Shown here: positions 1 to 6,301 of the stretch, piece after piece
Layout: the number at the start of each line of letters is the position of its first letter
Position numbering within the stretch: position 1 is the stretch's first letter
Virus record (IMG/VR): IMGVR_UViG_3300049489_000353
DNA: 20,000 bases
Origin: an uncultured virus (IMG/VR IMGVR_UViG_3300049489_000353)
Taxonomy: Duplodnaviria; Heunggongvirae; Uroviricota; Caudoviricetes
Strand: one strand, 5' to 3'
The notes under the pieces: model-generated
What the model was told of the DNA's origin: nothing
Database searches by the model: none
Seen by the model: the letters and a program-made list of their open reading frames with translations, nothing else
Translations under genes and position numbers: made by a program

Positions 1-119
1 CTGATGCCGAAGCATTGAAAGTCATTGGCAAGGTTCTTCCCGCCGACAAGGCTGACGCCTGGTGGGATATGGCTAAACAAGCTTTTGATATGATGACAAA
101 AGCTAAGGGCGGCGGCTAA
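1..119 (+). CDS. 3' end of upstream hypothetical protein (partial)
   Basis: Open frame from position 3 (DAEALKVIGKVLPADKADAWWDMAKQAFDMMTKAKGGG) to TAA at 117-119. Confidence 0.65.
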   Translation, partial: DAEALKVIGKVLPADKADAWWDMAKQAFDMMTKAKGGG

Positions 120-355
120 TTCTTACTCTTAAGAAACGCATCAGCCTCTTGGTTGATGCTTTCTAACTTTCTGTCCGCATCGGACTTGTCAGCATCGGCT
201 TTGCGCTGCTTCAAGTGGCTTTCCATGCTGGACATGATTTCATCGGTCGAGTTGCTCATGGTTTTCTTCGCATCGGGGGTGCAGTACCACCCATATGCAG
301 CGGAACCAGCGACAACGCCGACCGTGAAGAAGAGGACGATGAAGAAGGTACGCAT
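116..355 (-). CDS. small membrane-anchored hypothetical protein
   Basis: ATG at 355 preceded by AAGGAG; hydrophobic N-terminus MRTFFIVLFFTVGVVAG, charged helical C-terminus. Confidence 0.7.
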   Translation of the reverse strand: MRTFFIVLFFTVGVVAGSAAYGWYCTPDAKKTMSNSTDEIMSSMESHLKQRKADADKSDADRKLESINQEADAFLKSKN

Positions 356-439
356 AGTGTTTCTCCTTGCGTGCATCCTAGCACCATTACTAAAAAAATC
401 TATAATGTGAGACTACCCCAGCTACGAGTGTATCACACA

Positions 440-670
440 TCACAGCGTGGGGGCATTGATGAATGCGCTTAGGGACTTCACTGTTCGTTCAAGCCGAGCA
501 TTCTCTTTTTTTAGATGTTGTATCTTCAATTCTGTTTCTTTTTTGGCTTGTTCTTCTATAAGCCGTAACTCTTCTTGAGCTTGGCATAAAAGCACCTTCT
601 TATCGTGTTCGGCTTTCAGCCATATAAAACTAACAGAGAAAATAAACAGTGCTGAGAGTACATAATACAT
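440..670 (-). CDS. small membrane-anchored coiled-coil protein
   Basis: N-terminal TM segment (MYYVLSALFIFSVSFIWL) followed by an E/K/Q-rich helix. Confidence 0.65.
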   Translation of the reverse strand: MYYVLSALFIFSVSFIWLKAEHDKKVLLCQAQEELRLIEEQAKKETELKIQHLKKENARLERTVKSLSAFINAPTL

Positions 671-714
671 TGCCGTATTATGCGTTTATTTTTTATACAA
701 CAAGAGGGAATTTC

Positions 715-722
715 TATAAATA
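715..722 (+). promoter_or_regulatory. T4-like late promoter TATAAATA
   Basis: Exact TATAAATA 6 nt before ATG 729. Confidence 0.7.
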
Positions 723-728
723 GTCTAT

Positions 729-1733
729 ATGTCGGATAATCTCTATAACCGTTTATATGAGTCTTATCAAGCCATGGAGCTTGATGAGTTGCTGATTCAT
801 GGCGATCCAAAAACGGGAAAGCATGTCATTGCACACAAGCAACACTTATGGGTTCTTCCAGATGACATTCCGAGAGAGACAGCCAACCAGATAGCAGAAA
901 TTTTATTGCCATCTTCATATGATAATGAAAATGTTCCGTTTGATGATGGGACACCACCAGAAACAAGTATTCATGATGTCACCCAATTGATCAATGACGC
1001 TGACCGCTCTGACATTCTCATGGGAACATTAAACAATGGCGTGTTGTTCTTGAATAATGCGGGACACTTCAAATTTGATCCGAAGTCATCGCTCTTGGTC
1101 AAGAAAGTAGCCAATGCGTTGAAGGTTAAGAAAGTCACCTACCAAGATGACTTAGAAGGAAACAGCGAGATTTCAACACCTAGAAAAAAGTTGACGGCAC
1201 AGATTCCCGATATTGCATTCCACGGCACATCGTTGAAGTATCTTGAAGATATTCTCAAAGTTGGTTTGGAACCAAGGGGACATCAGAGCAACTATGAGAA
1301 GCAGGGCATCTATCACGATGACAAGATTTTCTTCGCTACTCGATTCGGTGAGGCAAATCACCATGCTATTCATACAGGCAACTTGACAAAAAACTACCCT
1401 ATCGTCTTGGAAATGTTCATTCCCGATAAGAATCTCGTCATTGCTGACTATGATGTGGATATGCACGGTGGTGAAACGACTTATGACGCACCAAGTCGCA
1501 AGTCACATACCAAGTATGACACCGAAAAGAGTTTTGCGTTGAGTAAGGAATTCGGTGTGTATGGGTATAAAGGGAAGATTTTGCCCCAGCATATTCGTTT
1601 CGTCTACATTCTCTTCAATGAAGAGGCTTACGATGCCACCATCAAGGACTACAAGAAGTTCAGCCCAAAGAAGCTTCGCCAGTTCCTTGACCGCCATGGA
1701 TCGTTTGATGAATTGCAATACTTTGTCAGATAA
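729..1733 (+). CDS. ADP-ribosyltransferase/Tpt1(KptA)-fold protein, possibly virion-packaged
   Basis: Motif AFHGTSLKYLEDILKVGLEP followed by KIFFAT resembles the HGT...GL NAD-binding strand of the ART/KptA fold. Confidence 0.6.
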   Translation: MSDNLYNRLYESYQAMELDELLIHGDPKTGKHVIAHKQHLWVLPDDIPRETANQIAEILLPSSYDNENVPFDDGTPPETSIHDVTQLINDADRSDILMGTLNNGVLFLNNAGHFKFDPKSSLLVKKVANALKVKKVTYQDDLEGNSEISTPRKKLTAQIPDIAFHGTSLKYLEDILKVGLEPRGHQSNYEKQGIYHDDKIFFATRFGEANHHAIHTGNLTKNYPIVLEMFIPDKNLVIADYDVDMHGGETTYDAPSRKSHTKYDTEKSFALSKEFGVYGYKGKILPQHIRFVYILFNEEAYDATIKDYKKFSPKKLRQFLDRHGSFDELQYFVR

Positions 1734-1747
1734 CGAATTAAAAAATA

Positions 1748-1877
1748 TTGTTGACTCGTAAAATTCTATGGTATACTAAAACCCAGATAGACGAAGATGC
1801 TCTTTAAAAAGCCTACGGAAAATACCTCTTGCATGGGCAAGATTTTCTGCTAGACTGTGCCCAGACGCCTATAAATA
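1748..1877 (+). promoter_or_regulatory. stacked promoters upstream of leader ORF and tRNA array
   Basis: TTGACT(1751)...TGgTATACT(1772-1777); TTGCAT(1829)-16 nt-TAGACT(1851) with TG extension; late box TATAAATA 1870-1877. Confidence 0.6.
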
Positions 1878-1911
1878 ACCTTCAGAGAGAAACACTCACA
1901 AAGACTATCCC

Positions 1912-2040
1912 ATGACGAACACCCTCAACATCCTGAGCAAGCGCGAGCAGAAGTGGCTATCCCAGCCATTATCGAGCCGCCCCGTCATGGCTCGCCATAA
2001 TCTCTTTAATATCACCGATATTACGGAGAGTCCAGGCTAG
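1912..2040 (+). CDS. 42-aa putative attenuator leader peptide (MTNTLNILSKREQKWLSQPLSSRPVMARHNLFNITDITESPG)
   Basis: ATG 1912 to TAG 2038-2040; lies between the promoters and a terminator; codons match the array anticodons; last codons overlap the antiterminator arm. No strong Shine-Dalgarno. Confidence 0.75.
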   Translation: MTNTLNILSKREQKWLSQPLSSRPVMARHNLFNITDITESPG

Positions 2041-2078
2041 AGAACAGGAGAAATCCTAAACCCTCTCGAACCCTGGAC
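2030..2078 (+). promoter_or_regulatory. putative antiterminator hairpin
   Basis: GTCCAGG(2030-2036) pairs with CCTGGAC(2072-2078); inner AGAG/CTCT and AGGA-GAAA-TCCT tetraloop hairpin. Confidence 0.7.
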
Positions 2079-2104
2079 CCAAAAAGTCCAGGGTTCTTTC
2101 TTTT
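2068..2104 (+). terminator. intrinsic terminator (attenuator) before the tRNA array
   Basis: GAACCCTGGAC-CCAAAAA-GTCCAGGGTTC 11-bp stem followed by TTTCTTTT. Confidence 0.85.
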
Positions 2105-2208
2105 ACAACTACATATCTGTGGAAAACACAACAATTCCCGTGAAATGCACGGTAAGCCACCGTAGACCGCTACGGCACGGTAAGTCTAAAACACGGGAGT
2201 TGTGGTTT

Positions 2209-2296
2209 GGAAGGCAAAACGAACAGGGTCCGTCGTTCTTTGCTAAAGAAATGGGGCGCTCTTGCGCCTGTGGTTCAAGTCCACTACCTTCCGCCA
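2209..2296 (+). tRNA. tRNA-Ser(GCT)
   Basis: GGAAGG/CCTTCC acceptor, GCT anticodon, long variable arm, TTCAAGT loop, GCCA end. Confidence 0.85.
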
Positions 2297-2390
2297 GAAA
2301 GTCTAGCTGCTATTCCCGAGGCAGGACGAATAGACTAAAATTCACGAAGCTCTGATGTCTCGTCAATATCATCTTCGTGGTCGGGAGTAT

Positions 2391-2480
2391 GGAACAGAGA
2401 AGCATCGGGGAGATGCGTTCGCTTGGAAAGCGAAAGGGCGGTGCAAATCGCCAGAGTTTCGATTACTCCTTGTTCCGCCA
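2391..2480 (+). tRNA. tRNA-Ser(GGA)
   Basis: GGAACA/TGTTCC acceptor, TTCGC-TTGGAAA-GCGAA, long variable arm, GCCA. Confidence 0.85.
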
Positions 2481-2645
2481 GAGAGTGGCAAATCGGATGC
2501 AAACGCCGAGTGCAGGCAACCCAAAAGGTGAGGCACTAGTCTATGTAGTAAGACCCACTCGTTACCAGAGCCGGTGACAAGCATAACCAACTGCTTCTTT
2601 TCCCCCATATGGGAAATGTAGTTTGATCTAAAATGCCGGCAGTAT

Positions 2646-2720
2646 GCCCGTGTCGTATATGTGGTAATACGCGAGCCTGAAGAGTTCGATCAACCGATTC
2701 AAACGCGGTCGCGGGCACCA
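2646..2720 (+). tRNA. tRNA-Phe(GAA), atypical T arm
   Basis: GCCCGTG/CGCGGGC, CGAGC-CTGAAGA-GTTCG, ACCA. Confidence 0.8.
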
Positions 2721-2832
2721 AAGGTAGATTGTAGGTATGCTTCCCGATTAGGTATGCAACCTTCTAGGCGACTCTGGAGCCTCTCACTTTGAGTGAGTCT
2801 CATCGCAGGATGGGGAATAAACTGGAGGGTAT

Positions 2833-2925
2833 GCAGCCGTTCGCGTAGTCCGGTCGAACGCACCTGACTCTTAATCAGGATGGGTTACTCCCACATCGTA
2901 GGTTCAAATCCTACTGGCTGCACCA
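2833..2925 (+). tRNA. tRNA-Lys(CTT) with long variable arm
   Basis: GCAGCCG/TGGCTGC, CCTGA-CTCTTAA-TCAGG, extra hairpin TGGG-TTACT-CCCA, ACCA. Confidence 0.85.
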
Positions 2926-2928
2926 AAA

Positions 2929-3005
2929 TTCGCCTGCTCGTACAACGGCAGTATATTCCACGGTCGATGGAAAGAAGGCGGGGTTCGACTCCCCGGCTGG
3001 GCGAA
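2929..3005 (+). pseudogene. degenerate tRNA-Asp(GTC)-like
   Basis: TTCCA-CGGTCGA-TGGAA arm with G33 instead of U33, good T arm CGGGG-TTCGACT-CCCCG, bulged acceptor, no CCA. Confidence 0.55.
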
Positions 3006-3011
3006 TCGTAT

Positions 3012-3088
3012 GGGTTGCAAGCATAAATGGAAGGATGCAATCGCCTCTTAAGCGATAGAGCAGGGTTCGAATCCCTGGCGACCCACCA
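3012..3088 (+). tRNA. tRNA-Lys(CTT)
   Basis: GGGTTGC/GCGACCC, ATCGC-CTCTTAA-GCGAT, ACCA. Confidence 0.9.
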
Positions 3089-3179
3089 AAAAGCGCGAAT
3101 TGACTTGACAACGCTACGGTAATCCGAGTCGCTTTAGCGGGTGACTACGATGCACGGTCGGTGTTCGCGCCGGTTTTAT

Positions 3180-3259
3180 AGCGGGTTCGTATACTAGGTG
3201 TTTACGCTCGTCTGTTAAACGAGATAAGGTTTTGGGTTCGAATCCCCCGCCCGCTGCCA
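3180..3259 (+). tRNA. tRNA-Asn(GTT)
   Basis: AGCGGGT/GCCCGCT, CTCGT-CTGTTAA-ACGAG, GCCA; weak T stem. Confidence 0.8.
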
Positions 3260-3320
3260 AACTTGATTAAAAATTATTTCAACTTGTGTTATAATATAAA
3301 TACGAGTAAGGGAATAAAAT

Positions 3321-3854
3321 ATGTCAAGATTATCAGATAATGTAAAAGCATGGAGACGGAATAACAAGTTAAAAATTATAGAAGCAATGGGTGGTAAATG
3401 TGTATGTTGTGGATACCACAAATCTACATTCGCTTTAAGTTTACATCACATAGATCCAAATGAAAAGGATATATCTTTTAACCGAATTAGGGCTAATCCA
3501 ATTGCTTGGAAAAAAATAGTTGTGGAATTAAGAAAGTGCGTGCTTGTTTGCTCAAACTGTCATATGGAAATACATGAAGGTATAACAAATATTCCTAATG
3601 ATGCACCTAAATTTAATGAAGATTACTATACGGTTAAAGAAAAGGAAGATAAGTGTCCAGTGTGTCAGAAAAATAAAAGCATATATAGATTAACATGCTC
3701 ACGCACATGTGCAAGAAAATTATCATGGAAAACAAATTGGGAAAATATAAATCTGAAAAAAGAATTAGAGACTAAAAGTATAACTCAATTAGCAGATGAG
3801 TTAAACATATCTGATTCAGCTATTCATAAAAGATTGAAGAAATATCATTCCTAG
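3321..3854 (+). CDS. HNH homing endonuclease with C-terminal Zn-finger and HTH
   Basis: GGKCVCCGY...LSLHHIDP...CVLVCSNCHMEIH; CPVC...CSRTC; AT-rich insert with its own TGtTATAAT and TATAAATA (3295-3302). Confidence 0.85.
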   Translation: MSRLSDNVKAWRRNNKLKIIEAMGGKCVCCGYHKSTFALSLHHIDPNEKDISFNRIRANPIAWKKIVVELRKCVLVCSNCHMEIHEGITNIPNDAPKFNEDYYTVKEKEDKCPVCQKNKSIYRLTCSRTCARKLSWKTNWENINLKKELETKSITQLADELNISDSAIHKRLKKYHS

Positions 3855-3938
3855 GCAACATGACAGGACATGTACCGTGCTGTTAACACGGAGCGAGCGA
3901 AAGCCGATAAGGGGGTTCGAGTCCCTCCCTAGGAGCCA
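3849..3938 (+). tRNA. tRNA-Asn(GTT) with long variable arm
   Basis: TCCTAGG/CCTAGGA, CCGTG-CTGTTAA-CACGG, ~19-nt variable region with GC-GAAA-GC, GCCA. Confidence 0.85.
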
Positions 3939-3941
3939 CAT

Positions 3942-4018
3942 GACACATTAGCTCAATTGGATAGAGCAATAGACTACGGATCTATAGGTTGTAGGTTCAA
4001 CTCCTACATGTGTCGCCA
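3942..4018 (+). tRNA. tRNA-Arg(ACG)
   Basis: Canonical cloverleaf, ATAGA-CTACGGA-TCTAT, GCCA. Confidence 0.92.
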
Positions 4019-4021
4019 GTA

Positions 4022-4142
4022 AGGTTGTTTTCAGCAAATTAAATCCAAAACTAACTGATAATTAGAAGGTCTTGGTTCGAATCCAAGCTCGCCTTAAGCA
4101 AGCGATGTAGTGTAACGGCAGCACAAAATAAGGAACAACCTG
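4022..4142 (+). ncRNA. scaffold family A copy 1, carrying a permuted tRNA-Ile(GAT)-like domain
   Basis: AGGTTGTT-TTCAGCAA...AACAACCT-G closes, in order, an anticodon hairpin (GAT), T arm, looped acceptor and D arm. Confidence 0.7.
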
Positions 4143-4169
4143 TAACGCCCCAACGCTAAAGGGGCACAT

Positions 4170-4243
4170 GCCCGGTTCATCTAATGGAAGGATCCAACGC
4201 TACGAACGTTGGCATTTAGGTTCGAATCCTAAGCTGGGTGCCA
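4170..4243 (+). tRNA. tRNA-Arg(ACG)
   Basis: GCCCGGT/GCTGGGT, CAACG-CTACGAA-CGTTG, GCCA. Confidence 0.88.
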
Positions 4244-4245
4244 AA

Positions 4246-4324
4246 CATCGGAAGTTGCTGGTTTAAGTCCAGCCTAGAAGGCGAAAGCATTCTAAGTAGT
4301 TTTAAATGGATAAAATATCCGCTG
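4246..4324 (+). ncRNA. circularly permuted tRNA-like RNA (YrlA-like topology)
   Basis: CGGA/TCCG closing stem; GCTGG-TTTAAGT-CCAGC T arm; TAGAA/TTCTA acceptor capped by GC-GAAA-GC; GTTTT-AAATGGAT-AAAAT D arm. Confidence 0.6.
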
Positions 4325-4329
4325 CGTAT

Positions 4330-4405
4330 GGTGATATTGATGTAGTGGCAGCATCATCGGTTTGTGACTCCGAAAGTGACGGTTCGATTCCGTCATACCA
4401 CCCCA
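4330..4405 (+). tRNA. tRNA-His(GTG)
   Basis: G-1, TTGTGAC loop, GACGG-TTCGATT-CCGTC, CCCA end. Confidence 0.82.
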
Positions 4406-4541
4406 CATGAGCATGTACTAGTCTTGCTCTAGGAATGACTATTGCCTATATGCGCCAGGAGTGCGCGAGAAAGAAAGTCAGGCTTGGCAACCTAATGAAA
4501 GCGCGGATTAATTACCCGTTGCTCAACAAGTGGCTTGTTAT

Positions 4542-4627
4542 GGTGGGTGAAGTCCAACGGCAGGACAACAGATTGTGGCTCTGTGCTAGAAATAGCCTTG
4601 CGGGTTCGAATCCCGTCATCCACCCCA
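4542..4627 (+). tRNA. tRNA-His(GTG) with long variable arm
   Basis: G-1, ACAGA-TTGTGGC-TCTGT, extra hairpin GCTA-GAAA-TAGC, CCCA end. Confidence 0.87.
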
Positions 4628-4633
4628 TTTTCA

Positions 4634-4750
4634 AGGTTGGTTACAGCAATTCAAACGGTATAAACGACGCTCCTTCGGGATAGTTGCGAGAGTGGTTCAA
4701 CTCCGCTCGATCATACACGAAAAAAGTAAGTGTATGGAATACCCAACCTG
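4634..4750 (+). ncRNA. scaffold family A copy 2, carrying a T arm and hairpins
   Basis: AGGTTGG-TTACAGCAA...CCAACCT-G; internal TCC-TTCG-GGA, GAGTGG-TTCAACT-CCGCTC, CATACAC/GTGTATG. Confidence 0.65.
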
Positions 4751-4760
4751 TCTTTTTTCA

Positions 4761-4877
4761 AGGATGCCTACAGCAATTCAAAGCACACATACTAAGCCGT
4801 AGGTCACGAAGTTCGAATCTTCGTCGCAGCAACCATGCTGCGTAGCTCAGTGGTAGAGCAACGAAAAGTGCATCCTG
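4761..4877 (+). ncRNA. scaffold family A copy 3, carrying a permuted tRNA (3' half-CCA fused to 5' half)
   Basis: AGGATGC-CTACAGCAA...GCATCCT-G; T arm, CGCAGCA-ACCA-TGCTGCG, then TAGCTCAGTGGTAGAGCA. Confidence 0.75.
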
Positions 4878-4888
4878 TTTTTTTTTAT

Positions 4889-4974
4889 GCGCGAGTGGTG
4901 GAACGGCAGACACACTACCTTGAGGTGGTAGCGGGAGCAATCCCGTGAAGGTTCGAATCCTTTTTCGCGCACCA
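4889..4974 (+). tRNA. tRNA-Leu(GAG)
   Basis: Canonical class II cloverleaf, CTACC-TTGAGGT-GGTAG, ACCA. Confidence 0.93.
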
Positions 4975-4981
4975 TTTTCAT

Positions 4982-5058
4982 CTAGCCGTGGGATAGCAGT
5001 TTCTGTCCACTAGTCTTGGGAACTAGGGGTGCTGGTGCGACTCCAGCCGGTTAGACCA
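4982..5058 (+). tRNA. tRNA-Pro(TGG)
   Basis: CTAGCCG/CGGTTAG, CTAGT-CTTGGGA-ACTAG, ACCA. Confidence 0.85.
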
Positions 5059-5064
5059 AACAAT

Positions 5065-5179
5065 GGGGAGTTCCAACGGTGGTACGCTACCTATTGCCGT
5101 AGAGTAGCAACAGGGTGGAGAGAGGCGGCAAACCTTACCACGCCTGATTAGTCGGTTCGATTCCGACGCTCCCGACCCA
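5065..5179 (+). ncRNA. tRNA-like RNA with acceptor and T arm but non-tRNA centre
   Basis: GGGAGT/GCTCCC stem, GTCGG-TTCGATT-CCGAC, centre of GCTAC/GTAGC and CAGG-GTGG/CCAC-CCTG hairpins. Confidence 0.5.
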
Positions 5180-5184
5180 TTCAT

Positions 5185-5259
5185 GCTCGCATCTTCCATG
5201 TATTAGGAAACCCGATTCTCAATCGGATAAACAGAGTGAAAGTCTCTGTGCGAGTACCA
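5185..5259 (+). tRNA. tRNA-Glu(CTC), atypical T loop
   Basis: GCTCGCA/TGCGAGT, CCGA-TTCTCAA-TCGG, CAGAG-TGAAAGT-CTCTG, ACCA. Confidence 0.78.
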
Positions 5260-5302
5260 AAAGCAATGTAACGATTGAATCAATTTTTTTATAAATAAAG
5301 GT

Positions 5303-5680
5303 ATGACACAAGACAAAAGTAGCGAATCGGATAAACTTTTGCCTACATCGGTCCCTCCTATTGAAGAGATAGCTCATAGGACGGGAAGAATACCTAAAGG
5401 ATATGTTTGCCCATCGTGTGGTCATCTTGCCGTGGATGAGGACGAGTTGCTTGGTTTAACTTGTCCAAAATGCCTACAACAGTGGTTGGTTGATCAGCAA
5501 GTATCACAGATGGTGTCCATAAAGGAGATGGCAACAGATCGGGACAGCGCCTTAATGAAAACAGTAAAGGTAGGCAATGAACCGATGGGCAAACATCCTT
5601 ATGATGAAACGACGAAGATTGTGGCTGAAAAAGAGAAGAAAAAGAAAACCGAATCCGACGATAGGATTCCTGGTTTGTAA
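5303..5680 (+). CDS. zinc-ribbon hypothetical protein inside the tRNA array
   Basis: CPSCG...CPKC pairs; TATAAATA at 5290-5297 directly upstream. Confidence 0.7.
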   Translation: MTQDKSSESDKLLPTSVPPIEEIAHRTGRIPKGYVCPSCGHLAVDEDELLGLTCPKCLQQWLVDQQVSQMVSIKEMATDRDSALMKTVKVGNEPMGKHPYDETTKIVAEKEKKKKTESDDRIPGL

Positions 5681-5681
5681 T

Positions 5682-5758
5682 GTCCTTGTGATGGAATTGG
5701 CATACATACTACGCTTAGAACGTAGGTCTTGTGGGTTCGACTCCCACCGAGGATACCA
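5682..5758 (+). tRNA. tRNA-Leu(TAG), short variable loop
   Basis: Leu-type D loop GGAATTGGCATAC, CTACG-CTTAGAA-CGTAG, ACCA. Confidence 0.9.
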
Positions 5759-5761
5759 AAT

Positions 5762-5836
5762 GCGCGACTAGTTTAGTGGTCTAAACACTTGATTGACATT
5801 CAAGAGATTCTGGTCCGATTCCAGGGTCGCGTACCA
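5762..5836 (+). tRNA. tRNA-Val(GAC)
   Basis: GCGCGAC/GTCGCGT, CTTGA-TTGACAT-TCAAG, ACCA. Confidence 0.87.
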
Positions 5837-5840
5837 ATTA

Positions 5841-5895
5841 AGGTTGCTTCCAGCAAATTAAAAAATTACTATGTTAAGTAAAAAACAGCAACCTG
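5841..5895 (+). ncRNA. scaffold family A copy 4 (minimal), single hairpin cargo
   Basis: AGGTTGCT-TCCAGCAA...AGCAACCT-G around TTAC-TATGTTAA-GTAA. Confidence 0.65.
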
Positions 5896-5900
5896 TTTAT

Positions 5901-5972
5901 GGGGAACTAGTCCGAGAACAGCTAGGTCATCGAAACCTAGAAAGAATGGGTCAGCACCATGAGTCCCCGCCA
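5901..5972 (+). tRNA. atypical tRNA-Arg(TCG)
   Basis: GGGGA/TCCCC, CTAGGT-CATCGAA-ACCTAG, reduced D arm, non-consensus T loop, GCCA. Confidence 0.55.
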
Positions 5973-5976
5973 ATTT

Positions 5977-6053
5977 GGGTGTATAGTGTAGAAGTTTCTG
6001 CACACTTGATTGTCAATCACGAAGTATGGGAGCGTTACCCATTACACCCGCCA
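5977..6053 (+). tRNA. tRNA-Asp(GTC), atypical T loop
   Basis: GGGTGTA/TACACCC, TTGTCAA loop, GCCA. Confidence 0.8.
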
Positions 6054-6056
6054 GAT

Positions 6057-6132
6057 GGCTCCATCGTATAGTGGATTATTACGTTTCCCTGTCACGGAAA
6101 AAATGCGAGTTCGATTCTCGCTGGAGTCGCCA
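6057..6132 (+). tRNA. tRNA-Asp(GTC)
   Basis: GGCTCCA/TGGAGTC, TTTCC-CTGTCAC-GGAAA, GCCA. Confidence 0.92.
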
Positions 6133-6225
6133 AAAAGTGGTGTGCGCCACTCATCGCCGCACAGCGATGTTAAAGCAATGAGTAAAGGCTTTATAGACAC
6201 TCAGCTTGGAATCTAAAGTTTCCAT

Positions 6226-6297
6226 CGGGTGATAGTTAAGAGGTTATAACGCCAGTCATTAGACTGGAATCATCGGTTCGAATCCGGTTCATCCACC
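6226..6297 (+). pseudogene. tRNA body with shortened anticodon loop (undetermined isotype)
   Basis: Intact D and T arms; CCAGT-CATTAG-ACTGG has a 6-nt loop; ends ACC without full CCA. Confidence 0.6.
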
Positions 6298-6301
6298 TTT
6301 T

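Noticed and set aside
4022..5895. Family A repeats as a CRISPR array or preQ1 riboswitches
   Set aside because: Irregular spacing, inverted terminal arms, structured cargo, no cas genes; not upstream of CDSs and lacking the preQ1 pseudoknot pattern.
6226..6297. Ochre suppressor tRNA (TTA)
   Set aside because: Loop is 6 nt without U33 and TAA is the common stop here; anticodon cannot be assigned.
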